Source of the DNA: Candidatus Marinacidobacterales bacterium
GTDB taxonomy: Bacteria; Acidobacteriota; Vicinamibacteria; Marinacidobacterales; DATDRI01
Assembly (NCBI GenBank): GCA_965219415.1
Contig: CBDCNP010000002.1
Coordinates: forward strand, 2,496,001 to 2,560,000
Direction: 5' to 3'
Length of the DNA stretch: 64,000 nt
The notes below the pieces were generated by a model. That model was not told the origin of the DNA, ran no database searches, and saw nothing but the letters and a program-made list of their open reading frames with translations. Below, piece by piece: positions 11,179-20,521 of the stretch; positions within the stretch are counted from its first letter, which is position 1; the number at the start of each line of letters is the position of its first letter. The position numbers were made by a program, and so were the translations under genes.

Positions 11179-13972
11179 CTAGTGGCCCCACTGGTAGTTG
11201 ATGCGGGCGTAGTAGTACCCGCCACTTAAACCCCAAGGCGTGAACTGGCTGTAGGGGAGGCCGAACTCGGCAGCGAAAAGGTCCATCCGGTCCGAGAAAA
11301 CGTCAAATATGTTTTGGCCACCGATCGCCAGCGTCACCTCGTTGGCGAGTGGGATGCTGGCCTCAAGGTCGACGATGTACCGGCCGTCCAGAACCGGCGC
11401 GGCCGGGCCGCGGACGAACCGTGCGTCGAAGTGGTCGACCCAGGAGCCGTAATAGTTCAGGCGGCCGAGCAGGCCCACCCGCCCGACGCGCTGGCTGAGG
11501 GCGACGTTCCAGCGGGTCTTGGGCACGCCTCGCGTCAGGCCAAGAATATCGCCGGGGCCGAGCAGGTCCGATTCCTTCGTCACCGCCGTGTCGGTGTAGT
11601 TCATGGTGACGCTGAAGACCGTGTCGCCGGCGAATGCGGTTGGAGTGTAGGTCGAGACGAGGTCGATCCCCTGAGTCCGGCTCGAGAAGTCGTTGATGAA
11701 GAACCGGAAGAAGGCCAGAGTGCCCGCCGAGGTGATACCTTCTGACAGAAGGAGCGCGCGTTCGTCCGTCGTGAGCGTGAAGGTCTGCGACAGGGCGAGG
11801 CGATTGGAGACATCGACGCGGAAGTAGTCGGCGGTCAACGTGAACGGCCCAGTATCAATGACCAGCCCGACCGTCGAGTTGAACGACGTCTCGGGCTGGA
11901 GCGGCTGGCCGCCCCGCAACTCCGCGGCCCTGAAGGTGGACGGCACGTTGGCGCTGTCAACCAGTTCCAGTGTCTCAGGGTCGATAGTCGTCTGTACGTT
12001 GAGCGTGTTCTGCTGGCCGGGCGTCGGCGCGCGGAACCCGGTGCTCACGCCGCCACGCACCGAGACGGCGTCGCCCAGTCCGTAGCGGGCTGACAGCTTG
12101 CCGTTCGTTGTGGCGCCGAAGATGTCGAAGTGCTCGAACCTGACAGCACCGCCGACCGTCCACCGGTCATCGGGGTCCCGCAGCTCGACGTCGCCGTAGA
12201 GTGCGACGTTGCTGCGGGTCCAGGTGCCGGCCGTATAGTCGGGAAATCCGGGAAAGCCGTTGGAGCCGGAGACGAAGCCCTGCGCGGCGTACGGGCCGAC
12301 GTCCCACGACGGCCGTCCGCCGGCCCCGATCGTGAAGCGCTCGTCACGCCACTCGGCGCCGCCGGCGACGTTGATCATGTCGCTGGCGGCATAGGAGAGG
12401 TCGAAGTTGAGATTGATCTCCTCCTGCCGGTACAGACCCGGGTCGAAGTCGCGCGGGGTGTCGGGGCCGAGCGACGCGTTGACGGTGTTGTTGAAGAAGA
12501 AGTCCGACTGGTGGGCGCCGTAACTGGCGCTCGCATCCCAGGTCAGGCCGTTGGCTGCGAGCCGGCGCAGCCCGGCGACCCCCGACATGTCGCTCACGTG
12601 GCCGCCGAACTGTGGGGTGAAGCCTCCAGGCGCGATCTCTTGAAAGGAGAAGCAGTTGGGGTCGGCGAACACCTGCTTGAGGGCTGCCTGATCCGGCACG
12701 TTGTCGGTGATCCTCACGGTGGGGCAGTTGGCGGAGCCCATGCCGTTCGCGGCGAGCATGTCGCCGATGAGCAGCGTCTCGCCTCCATCGAGGCTGTAGA
12801 TGTTCTGCCGCGAGTTGGGATTCCGGAAATAGAAGCCTTCGGTCACCTTTTTGTCGGCGTAGTTGGCATGGCCGTAGAACTGCAGGCCGTTGGTGTGCAG
12901 GTAGCCGAAGTTGCCGAAGAGCTTCAGATCGTCCTCGATCGTCGGGTTGCCCCAGATCTGCGCCGGGTCGGCCACGGCGGTGTTGCCGGCCGCGATGAGC
13001 GCCGCTGCGTCGGCGCGCTGCTCGCTGCGGTTCGTCGGATCGGCGTTGCCGTACTCGAGGCTGAGGTTGGCGAAGCCGCTCTGGCCGAGCGGTAGCCCAA
13101 CATTGCCGGCGACCGTGTACGCGTCGCCGTCGCCCGCGCGGTAGGTGCCGGCGTTGAACGCGATGCTGCCCCCCGCCCGGTCGTCCTTGAGCAGGAAGTT
13201 CATCACGCCGGCAATTGCGTCCGAGCCGTACTGTGCCGAAGCGCCGTCGCGAAGCACCTCGACCTGCCGCAGGGCGATCGACGGGATAGTCGAGATGTCT
13301 GGGCCTTGCGCGCCATCCGTCACGCCGGCGAACCAGGCGATGACCGACGAGCGGTGACGGCGCTTGCCGTTCACCAGGACTAGAGTATGGTCGTGGGCAA
13401 GGTTGCGCAGGCTGGCCGGCCGCACGAGCGTGGCCGCGTCACTGATCGGGATGCGTCGCAACGTTGAACGAGGGCACGAGGGTCCGCAACTGGTAGTCGA
13501 GCGAGGTGCCGCCCTGGCGGACGATATCCTGGAACGGGATGGCGTCGATCGGCACCGGGGACTCGGTCACCGACCGGGGCTGTGCGCGGCTGCCGACGAC
13601 AACCACGTGCTGCTGGATTCCCTCCACCGACATCACGACATCGAGGGCAACTGTGGCCCCGGCGCTGATCTTCACACCGTCGCGCACAAACGTGCTAAAG
13701 CCGGGCAGGGTCAACGCCACGTTGTACGTGCCGGACTGAAGCGCGGTGATGGTGAACATGCCGGTGGCATCAGTGATGGCGGTCTGGACCGCCCCGCCGG
13801 CCGCCGTGCTCCGCACCTCCACGGTCACGCCGGGCAGCACAGCACCCGTGGCGTCTTTGACCGTGCCGCTAATGGTCCCGTCCTCCTGGGCGCTGACGCT
13901 TGGAGCGAGCGCCAGCGCGGCGAGGACCGCCGAGGTGATCATGACGATTGACTGTCGGCGAGACTGAGGCAT
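11179..13972 (-). pseudogene. TonB-dependent receptor with N-terminal carboxypeptidase-regulatory-like domain, single frameshift near 13448
   Basis: ORFs 13439-13972 (signal peptide, GTVKDATGAVLPG) and 11179-13461 (LVLVNGKR, EVLRDGASAQYGSDAIAGV) join if one C is removed; could be a sequencing error. Confidence 0.85.
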
Positions 13973-14100
13973 CTTCTTTCCCTTTCAGCGACTCGGGCGT
14001 GGAGGCAGGCTCCTTCACAGGATTTGCCTGTCGGTCAGCTGTAAGTCACTCAAAACACGCGATTCTACTACGAATACGTGTGATATTCACGTATTCTTTA

Positions 14101-14325
14101 ATCGATGGTCTCGGGATGGAGCAGGTCCTTACCGCACCGCACTCCCCGTGGCAGAATCCATTTGTCGAAAGGATGCTCGGCTCCATTCGAGGTGAGTGTC
14201 TCGACTATGTGATCGTCCTCGACGAGCACTACCTGAGTCGAATCCTACGCAAATACGTCAACTACTATCATTCGTGCCGGACTCATTTGTCACTTGAGAA
14301 GGACGCGCCCGAGCCTCGCCGGGTA
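14101..14325 (+). pseudogene. rve integrase-core transposase C-terminal fragment
   Basis: SPWQNPFVERMLGSIRGECLD...YYHSCRTHLSLEKD. Confidence 0.8.
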
Positions 14326-14464
14326 CAACACGCAACGACTCTTGGAGCCGATCGGAAATGTCGCTCCCGTCGAGTACGAGATGAACTACTATCGGTCGCA
14401 GGAAGGCTCGCTGGAGATGGCGAGACTCAACTAAAACAGTCTCCGGAAAACCCGGAGCGGTTCA
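14324..14464 (+). mobile_element. IS3-family right-end remnant
   Basis: YNTQRLLEPIGNVAPVEYE then IR CTCCGGAAAACCCGGAGCGGTTCA. Confidence 0.75.
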
Positions 14465-14580
14465 GGGCTGGCCGCCAACACTTAATGGCGGAAGCACCGA
14501 CCGGAGACTAATCAAGTTCGGTGCGCGCGGATGAATAAATAAAAGGCACAGGGTGCTTGCTCCGTTTACTGTTGCCGGCT
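14465..14580. repeat. stacked element ends: family A, family C, family A
   Basis: CCAACACTTAATGGCGGAAGCACC (ends 14498), GGATGAATAAATAAAAGGCACA (ends 14550), GGTGCTTGC (starts 14552). Confidence 0.8.
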
Positions 14581-15129
14581 CGTCCGCGTCGTCATGCGAG
14601 AACGGCACTTATGCACAGTTTGGCGCAAGCTGAACTCCGGTGGCGTTAAAATCTGATGTATCCTATTGCACTACAAAGTCTTCCTCTTATGCCTGCAACA
14701 GTCAATGACGCAAGCACCGGCTCGGGAACGCGTTGCTCGAAGCGGAAGAATGCGTCGGCAGTCCCCACGGGAAGGTGCGATGTCGTAAGCGATGGGTGGC
14801 TTGCTCCGTCTCGTGTGATCTCTCTCGGCCAGACCTTGAATCTCTGCCAACAACTGAAGAAGCTGGATCTCCTCTTCGTCCCGGGCGCGGTCTTTCCGTA
14901 TCCTTCCAATCGACAGGCGTGGCGTCCGCGATCCTCTTCGCCAGTTCGGGGAGACGCTCGTTACGGTCGGGCACCCAGTTTCCTTTGTCTACGCACTTCG
15001 TTTCGATTTTGTTGGCCGGCTCGAATCAACGAAATCGCTGAATACCGCGATGGAAGCACCGCAAGATGGAGTTCACCTCCGACGGCTCTCGTGCTAGATT
15101 TCCTTCATCTTTAATTTGCGAGATGTCCC

Positions 15130-15939
15130 GTGGTGAGGAATTGCGATCGCCTGAGCGCCGAGGAGCTCTGGCGTTTCCATAACGACGGATTCATGGTGCC
15201 GGACTGCCGCCTGCCGCAGGACGTGGTGGCGGAGATGCGCGAAGCCTATGATGAGCTGCTGTCAGCCAATCCGGGTTTCTCCTCGGACTTCATGCTGGGG
15301 CCGCACCTGGAGACCACCGGCGCACAGGGTGTTCGGGGCTCACGACGGTGGCTCAGTTTCGTCACTCGACCCGAGCTACTCGACATGGTCGAGCAATTGA
15401 TAGGGGAGGACATTATCCTCTGGGGAACGACCATCTTCGGCAAGCCGGCGCACGGCGGCAAGGCGACTCCCTGGCATCAGGACGGCGCGTACTATCCCAT
15501 TCGACCACTCGAGACGCTGTCAATCTGGATTGCGCTCGACGACGCCGTACCGGACAACGGTTGCATGCGCTTCATCCCCGGCTCCCACAAGGACCGCAAA
15601 ATCTTTTCTCATCATTGGGAAGAGGATCAGGATCTCACGATCAACCGGGTCTGCGACTCGGAGCACTTCGACGAGGCGTCGGCGCGCGATCTAGTTCTCG
15701 CGGCCGGCCAGATCTCGTTTCACGACGTCTACATCATCCACGGCTCGCGCGCCAACCCCTCGGGCCGCCGGCGCGCGGCACTGGTGGGGCGGTTCATGCC
15801 CGGCCATTGCCACTACGACCACGAGCTGGGCCTCCGATTGGCAGAACCGCACAAGGCCCACGACTACGGCAAGCGGGCCTTGTTCCTCCTGCGCGGGCGC
15901 GACCGCTCGGGACGGAACGATTTCTCAGTCGGCCACTGA
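15130..15939 (+). CDS. phytanoyl-CoA dioxygenase (PhyH) family 2OG-Fe(II) oxygenase
   Basis: WHQDG (HxD), IWIALDD, NGCMRFIPGSH and distal IHGS motifs. Confidence 0.9.
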   Translation: MVRNCDRLSAEELWRFHNDGFMVPDCRLPQDVVAEMREAYDELLSANPGFSSDFMLGPHLETTGAQGVRGSRRWLSFVTRPELLDMVEQLIGEDIILWGTTIFGKPAHGGKATPWHQDGAYYPIRPLETLSIWIALDDAVPDNGCMRFIPGSHKDRKIFSHHWEEDQDLTINRVCDSEHFDEASARDLVLAAGQISFHDVYIIHGSRANPSGRRRAALVGRFMPGHCHYDHELGLRLAEPHKAHDYGKRALFLLRGRDRSGRNDFSVGH

Positions 15940-15994
15940 TTCTCGGGTGGGCGTAGGCCGACTGGCTGCGACCGCATCATCCCGACGCGGCGGC

Positions 15995-16162
15995 CAGTCT
16001 GAAAAGGCTATGCAGGCCGGTCTGACCACGCGACGGCTCACCTTTCGAAACATCTTCTTGGCGATGACGATTCCTTTGTGGTCGCGGATCGAGGTTTTCT
16101 TGCTCACTGGGGCGCGCAACCCGGTCTCTTCCGCACCTGAACCACTGCCCGCAGCCGCGTAG
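15995..16162 (+). pseudogene. IS1-family transposase C-terminal remnant
   Basis: AMQAGLTTRRLTFRNIF resembles the IS1-type PAMxAGLT tail; TAG 16160-16162 is followed directly by a family-A IR once the IS110 is removed. Confidence 0.65.
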
Positions 16163-16269
16163 CAACATATCTGGACTCCTCTAGTCAAGCCCCTTTCTTT
16201 CTAGTCACGCCCCTTTCTTAATAAATCTTCCATCGAAGCTGCGCATCCATCGCGTCGTGACGAGTGGGT

Positions 16270-16445
16270 CAGACTGCAAACGTATCTTCGGCCTCAGTGA
16301 GGAGCGTCTTGGGTGCTCCGGGCCATGATGGAAAATCCGCGCGCGAGGAGCCAATCACTTTGAACGACCTCTTAGGGCCAGTGTTGCTATTGGCTTGACC
16401 CCGCGCCGGTCCGACCGGTACGCCATCAGTTGGATGGGTATCGTC
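16270..16445 (-). ncRNA. putative bridge/seek RNA of the IS1111 element (boundaries approximate)
   Basis: Non-coding region downstream of the recombinase gene with segments matching the target (TAGCAACACT; AAGTG) and the donor junction (TTCCATCAT; AGATA). Confidence 0.75.
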
Positions 16446-16497
16446 GCAGCCTCTTTTGGAAGGGAAAAAGGAAAACACGAAAGTGGAGCCTCTAAAT

Positions 16498-17529
16498 CTA
16501 AGCGGCCACCGGCGACTGGAATTCACTCTCGCGGGTGGAGACGGCCCAGACGATCCGGGCGAGTTTGTTGGCGACAGCAATCACGGCCTTGTTGTGTCCC
16601 CGCGAGCGGTGGACCTTCCGAGCCCAGGCGCGGAGCTTGTCGGGCGGGCTCTTGCTGACGTTCGCCGCGCGGAGCACGGCGCGCCCGCCCTGGGTGAGGA
16701 GCATACGGAGGTAGGAGTCGCCACGCTTGGTGATGCGTCCGAGGCGGCGAATGTCGCCACTGGAGTTTTCCTTGGGAACTAGGCCGAGGTAGCTCGAGAA
16801 GCGGCGCCCCGATGGGAAGCGGCGAAGATCGCCGACGAAGCCCACGATGGCGGTCGCGGCCAGAAGTCCGATGCCGGGAATGGCGAGAAGTCGTTGGACT
16901 TCAGGAAGCTGCTTGGTGAGCGCCTTGAGCTCGTGCTCGATGCTAGCGCACTTGTCCTTGAGTTCTCGAATCTCGGAGCAGGCATCACGGAGATGCGAAC
17001 GGAGCACGTCGGGCAAATCAGAATCAGCGTCTTCGACGAGTTCGAAGAGGGCGGGCACGACGAAGTGAGCGCCCTTTGGGATGATGAATCCGAGTTCGCG
17101 CAGGAGCCCGCGTACGGCATTGATGCGTGCGGTCCGTGTGGAGAGCCATCCTGAGCGCAGGCGATGGAGCGCAGCGAGGGTGTGCTGGTGCACGGACTTG
17201 ATGGGTACGGGAAGAAGCTCCTCGTTCCTGTAGGCCTCGAGCAACGCCTTCGTGTCGGCGCGGTCGTTCTTGCTCCCGCGTCGATACGGCCTCACGAGGT
17301 GAGGTGGGAGCAGGACGACGTCGTGTCCCAACCTTCGGAACGTCCTTGCCCAGAAGTGAGCCGAGCCGCAGGCTTCGAGAAGCACGGTGGCAGCGCTCTG
17401 TTTGGCAAAGAACGACACCAATTTGGGTCGACTCACACGGAGTTGCTTGGACACCTTCCCCGCTTCTCCCGAGATGGCAATCTCGAAGACGTTCTTTGCA
17501 AGATCCACAGCGATTGTCGTATCTTTCAT
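16498..17529 (-). CDS. IS110-family DEDD recombinase
   Basis: AVDLAKNVF, LEACG, KNDRADT, IPGIG, YLGLVPKENSSG and ITKRGDSYLR motifs; RBS AGGAGG. Confidence 0.95.
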   Translation of the reverse strand: MKDTTIAVDLAKNVFEIAISGEAGKVSKQLRVSRPKLVSFFAKQSAATVLLEACGSAHFWARTFRRLGHDVVLLPPHLVRPYRRGSKNDRADTKALLEAYRNEELLPVPIKSVHQHTLAALHRLRSGWLSTRTARINAVRGLLRELGFIIPKGAHFVVPALFELVEDADSDLPDVLRSHLRDACSEIRELKDKCASIEHELKALTKQLPEVQRLLAIPGIGLLAATAIVGFVGDLRRFPSGRRFSSYLGLVPKENSSGDIRRLGRITKRGDSYLRMLLTQGGRAVLRAANVSKSPPDKLRAWARKVHRSRGHNKAVIAVANKLARIVWAVSTRESEFQSPVAA

Positions 17530-17624
17530 TCGGACTCCTCCTTTTCGATGCGTATTCGACTGACTTTGGCACATCGATGCCGTCTATGGAGGAGTCCATT
17601 CCATCACTTGATGGCGGAAGCACC

Positions 17625-18080
17625 GGCAGCGAAGCCAGCGATCCTTGTGTGGTTGAATCGACGACACACTTGGGCTGCCTTCTCGAGCCAGCGGGCGACG
17701 GTGTTCCAGGCAATCCCTTTGGTCCGGGAAATCGAGGAAATGCTGACACCCTCGACTCTGAGAGCGGTGACCCCATCGAAAGTAGCTCTTCGATGTTGGA
17801 GACGGTAGTAGGGCGTGCCTTTCGTCGAGGAGAACGTCTTTCCGCACTCGCCGCACCGGTATCGACGGAGTTTCCCGGACCTCGTTCTGTAGAATCCGTT
17901 GTGAATAATGCTTCTGGAACCGACTGTTCCATACGACGAACATGCGGGATTGAGACATCTGCGATTCTTCACTTCGGCTCGGCCCTGACGATGAGAGAAC
18001 TGTGTCTTCAGAATTCTGGTTCAAACTCTAGCACGCAGACCGGTTACGGGCTGGCCGCCAACACTTAATTGCGGAAGCCC
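17625..18080 (-). mobile_element. IS1-family left end with truncated InsA-like ORF (17625-17972)
   Basis: CLNPAC...RYRCGECGKTF zinc finger plus HTH (ISRTKGIAWNTVARW); left IR GGGCTTCCGCAATTAAGTGTTGG. Confidence 0.8.
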
Positions 18081-18214
18081 ATTTTGGCTGTAATTTAATG
18101 CAGCGTAAAGTCTTAGCGTCATCTCACCAACACTTAATGACGGAAGCACCCACGTTCTCCTGGCCGACCGACCAGATAACGGCTGCCTGATCAACAGCGA
18201 ATGGCGCAAGCACC
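18081..18214. repeat. partial family-A MITE plus an additional family-A terminus
   Basis: 18083-18150 matches the MITE half; CAACAGCGAATGGCGCAAGCACC ends at 18214. Confidence 0.8.
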
Positions 18215-18340
18215 CGGGGTGGCCGTCAGGCCGTGGAAAACTTGACAGTATCCCCCTGGCCGCATCCGACTGGACGGAGCCGATCTTCCCGAGATGAAGC
18301 GCTGCAGCATTCGGTTACAATCCTTTTTTAGGAGGGCAAG

Positions 18341-18673
18341 ATGGCTGCAGGATTTCGCTTCGTCTGTAGTGGATGCGACCATAACATCGAGGCGTGGGAT
18401 GAAGGGAACCCCTACTATATTAACGAGAACGGCAAGAAGCAGTACGCTTACCATCCCGACGTTTTGCGGAACCGCTGCATCGGCAACGACTCTCCACACC
18501 TCTGCCTGTCGTGTGGACATGAGTTCATGGTGGATTCAGAGGTACCGATTGCGGCTTGTCCAAAGTGCAAGGCGGGTAAGATCGTGGACACGATGGAGTT
18601 GAGCGGCAAAGCATGTCCCTACTGTAAGAGAGGGGTGTTCGTCGTTGACCCGGGGTGGAGGCCCATATCGTGA
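18341..18673 (+). CDS. small multi-CxxC zinc-ribbon protein
   Basis: 110 aa with four CxxC pairs; AGGAGG RBS at ~18330. Confidence 0.75.
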   Translation: MAAGFRFVCSGCDHNIEAWDEGNPYYINENGKKQYAYHPDVLRNRCIGNDSPHLCLSCGHEFMVDSEVPIAACPKCKAGKIVDTMELSGKACPYCKRGVFVVDPGWRPIS

Positions 18674-19143
18674 CTGCAGCGTCCTGTGTGCCCAGGCCAA
18701 CGAGAAGACCGCGTCGTGGGGGTGGCTGTTCACGCTGCACGAAGCAGGACCGTCGAGACCATCCGTAACGGTCGGGAAGTCGGGGTTAGGGGACGGGTCA
18801 AATCTCTGCAGCCTGACACTGTCGTGTCCGAAAATGGGACCGGAGCCGAAAACTCGAATCCTAGAGGCGTTCTCGAAATTCTCGGAGACCCGCCGACGCA
18901 GCACTGGCTCTGCGATAGGTTGATCCCGAGCAGAGCTCTCCTCCAGAGTATGCGTTCCGTCCAGCTTACCCGCCCGAACTCCTATAATAGCGGCGCGGTG
19001 GTAAATAAAGGAGCAAGCCGCCCAATCGCTTACGACTGCAAGTATGATAGTGGTATCGTTCGGCCGGCGATCAACGCAGCGCCGACTGGCCGGGAGATCA
19101 ATGACCGAATAGAAGCTCGCTCGTCAAATGGACCCGTCACAGT

Positions 19144-19271
19144 GGTGCTTCCGCAGTCAAATGTTGGCGCCTGCCGTGTAACCCGTTCGCGTGCTAGAGT
19201 TTGAGCCTAATTTCTAGAGGCGCAGTTCTTTCGTCGATGTCGGCTGGGCCGAATTTTGGCACAGGACGGGG
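19144..19271. repeat. ~127-bp composite repeat (IS1 left end fused to family-B terminus), copy 1
   Basis: Diverged direct repeat of 31511-31638. Confidence 0.85.
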
Positions 19272-19611
19272 TCACCGAGACAAAAACCGCGCCGGCCGCC
19301 TCGAGCCGTTCGACGAGCTTCGCAAAGTCGGAGAGGGAACGGGTCAGCCGGTCGACCTTGTAGACCACAATCTGCTCGACGAGACCGGCATCGATGTCAG
19401 CGAGCAAGCGCTGCAGGCCCGGGCGCTCCAGGGTTCCTCCCGAGATCCCTGCATCCTCGTAGACAGTTGGCAGCAGCACCCAGCCCTCCGCTTTCTGGCT
19501 CGAGACATATGCAGCGCAGGCCTCCCGCTGTGCATCGAGGGAGTTGAACTCCTGTTCGAGACCCTCTTCAGCGCTCTTTCGGGTATAGATGGCGCAACGG
19601 ATTTTCGTCAT
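19272..19611 (-). pseudogene. large serine recombinase, N-terminal catalytic fragment
   Basis: CAIYTRKS...QEFNSLDAQ, SGGTLERPGL and KVDRLTRS motifs; cut at the composite repeat. Confidence 0.9.
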
Positions 19612-19962
19612 TTAGGCCTTGCGCGGCGGTGTCAGACCGAAAAAGCGTGGTCCTGACCAGTGGGTGCCTGTGATCCGCTTTGTGATGGTGGTAAGGGACG
19701 GATAGGTTTTGCCGTCGAAACGATAGCCGTTGTCGAGTACCTCGACCTGATAGGTCCGGCCATTCCACTCGCGGACGAGATGGGTACCGGCAGAAACGGA
19801 CCCTGTACGAGTGGCAGGGCCTGGTGTAATGCGGCGCATGAGAGCGCGTGAGAGCGAGCTTGGCGGAGCAACCCCGAAGGTCTGCTCCCAGGCCCGCCGC
19901 AGGCTGGCGAGGTCCAAACCGTCCAGAACGACCCTCCGGCCAACTCTTGTATCCTGCGGCAT
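19612..19962 (-). CDS. DUF2924-like protein (possibly internally deleted)
   Basis: GTHLVREWNG...ITGTHWSGPRFFGL; usual position upstream of these recombinases. Confidence 0.8.
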   Translation of the reverse strand: MPQDTRVGRRVVLDGLDLASLRRAWEQTFGVAPPSSLSRALMRRITPGPATRTGSVSAGTHLVREWNGRTYQVEVLDNGYRFDGKTYPSLTTITKRITGTHWSGPRFFGLTPPRKA

Positions 19963-20230
19963 CACCGGACGTTCGCTCTTTTGCGCCGTAAAGTCCAGTC
20001 CAATGGGCGCTTCCGCGGGTGCGCAGTTCGCGGCCTGCAGCTCGTCCTGCAGCCGATTTGAGCCAGCCAACCGTGCGTACCCCAGTGGGCCTGTCGCCCG
20101 CCACCCGCAGCCCAGGGGTCGGAAGCCAGCCCTGCGGCGCGAAATACCCTGGATTCTGCGCGGATTCCAAGGGCGTCTAAGCTGCTGATTTGTGGTCTAT
20201 TTCAAAAGGGCCGAGTTTTGGCACAGGACG
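19950..20230. repeat. extended family-B end
   Basis: Direct homologs at ~22322-22565 and ~42985-43109; ends CTAAGCTGCTGATTT...GGCCGAGTTTTGGCACAGGACG. Confidence 0.85.
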
Positions 20231-20281
20231 CGAACGCCCAGCGGGTCAGCAGTTTGCACCTTCCCAAAGGCCGCCCTTGAT

Positions 20282-20348
20282 ATCGAAGAGCAGATCGAAG
20301 AGATCGAGGAGATCGAAGAGATCGAGGAGATCGAGGAGAACGAGGAGC
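20282..20348 (+). repeat. 9-bp tandem repeat (GAGATCGAR)n
   Basis: Reads IEEQIEEIEEIEEIEEIEENEE. Confidence 0.85.
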
Positions 20349-20521
20349 TCGTTGAATCATGGACACCTAGGTTTCGGCGACACTGAAGGGAGATGGCCAT
20401 ACGCGGCGGCCGCCAACATATTTGATTGCGGAAGCACCCGTGGTGGAGCTCACCGCTCCCGCTACAGCGCTAGGTAAGCCGATTCCAGCATGGCACCAGA
20501 ATAGCAGAAAGTCTCGGCTCT

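Larger units (their letters stand above)
16168..17604 (-). mobile_element. complete IS110-family (IS1111-type) element
   Basis: Subterminal IRs TGGACTCCTC (16172-16181) / GAGGAGTCCA (17589-17598); core CA at 16166-7 and 17605-6; long non-coding region 3' of the recombinase gene. Confidence 0.9.

Noticed and set aside
12130-13095. 321-aa plus-strand ORF and similar antisense ORFs over groEL and other genes
   Set aside because: They are antisense shadows of well-supported genes, expected with high GC codon bias.
13948-14511. 187-aa ORF as a real gene
   Set aside because: It is a chimera of intergenic DNA, an rve fragment, an IS3 end and a family-A end.
14702-14974. Possible Ser/Thr kinase N-terminal remnant (LAKRIADATPVDW)
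   Set aside because: No kinase motifs are visible; too short and broken to support a call.
16181-16220. 20-bp tandem duplication containing a TTGACT -35 at the IS1111 end as a circle-junction promoter
   Set aside because: The duplication is real, but the spacing to the best junction -10 (TATGAT) is only 13 bp, so a promoter cannot be supported.
17024-18068. Long overlapping ORFs 17024-17932 and 17304-18068
   Set aside because: These are shadow frames across IS110 and IS1 remnants in GC-rich DNA.
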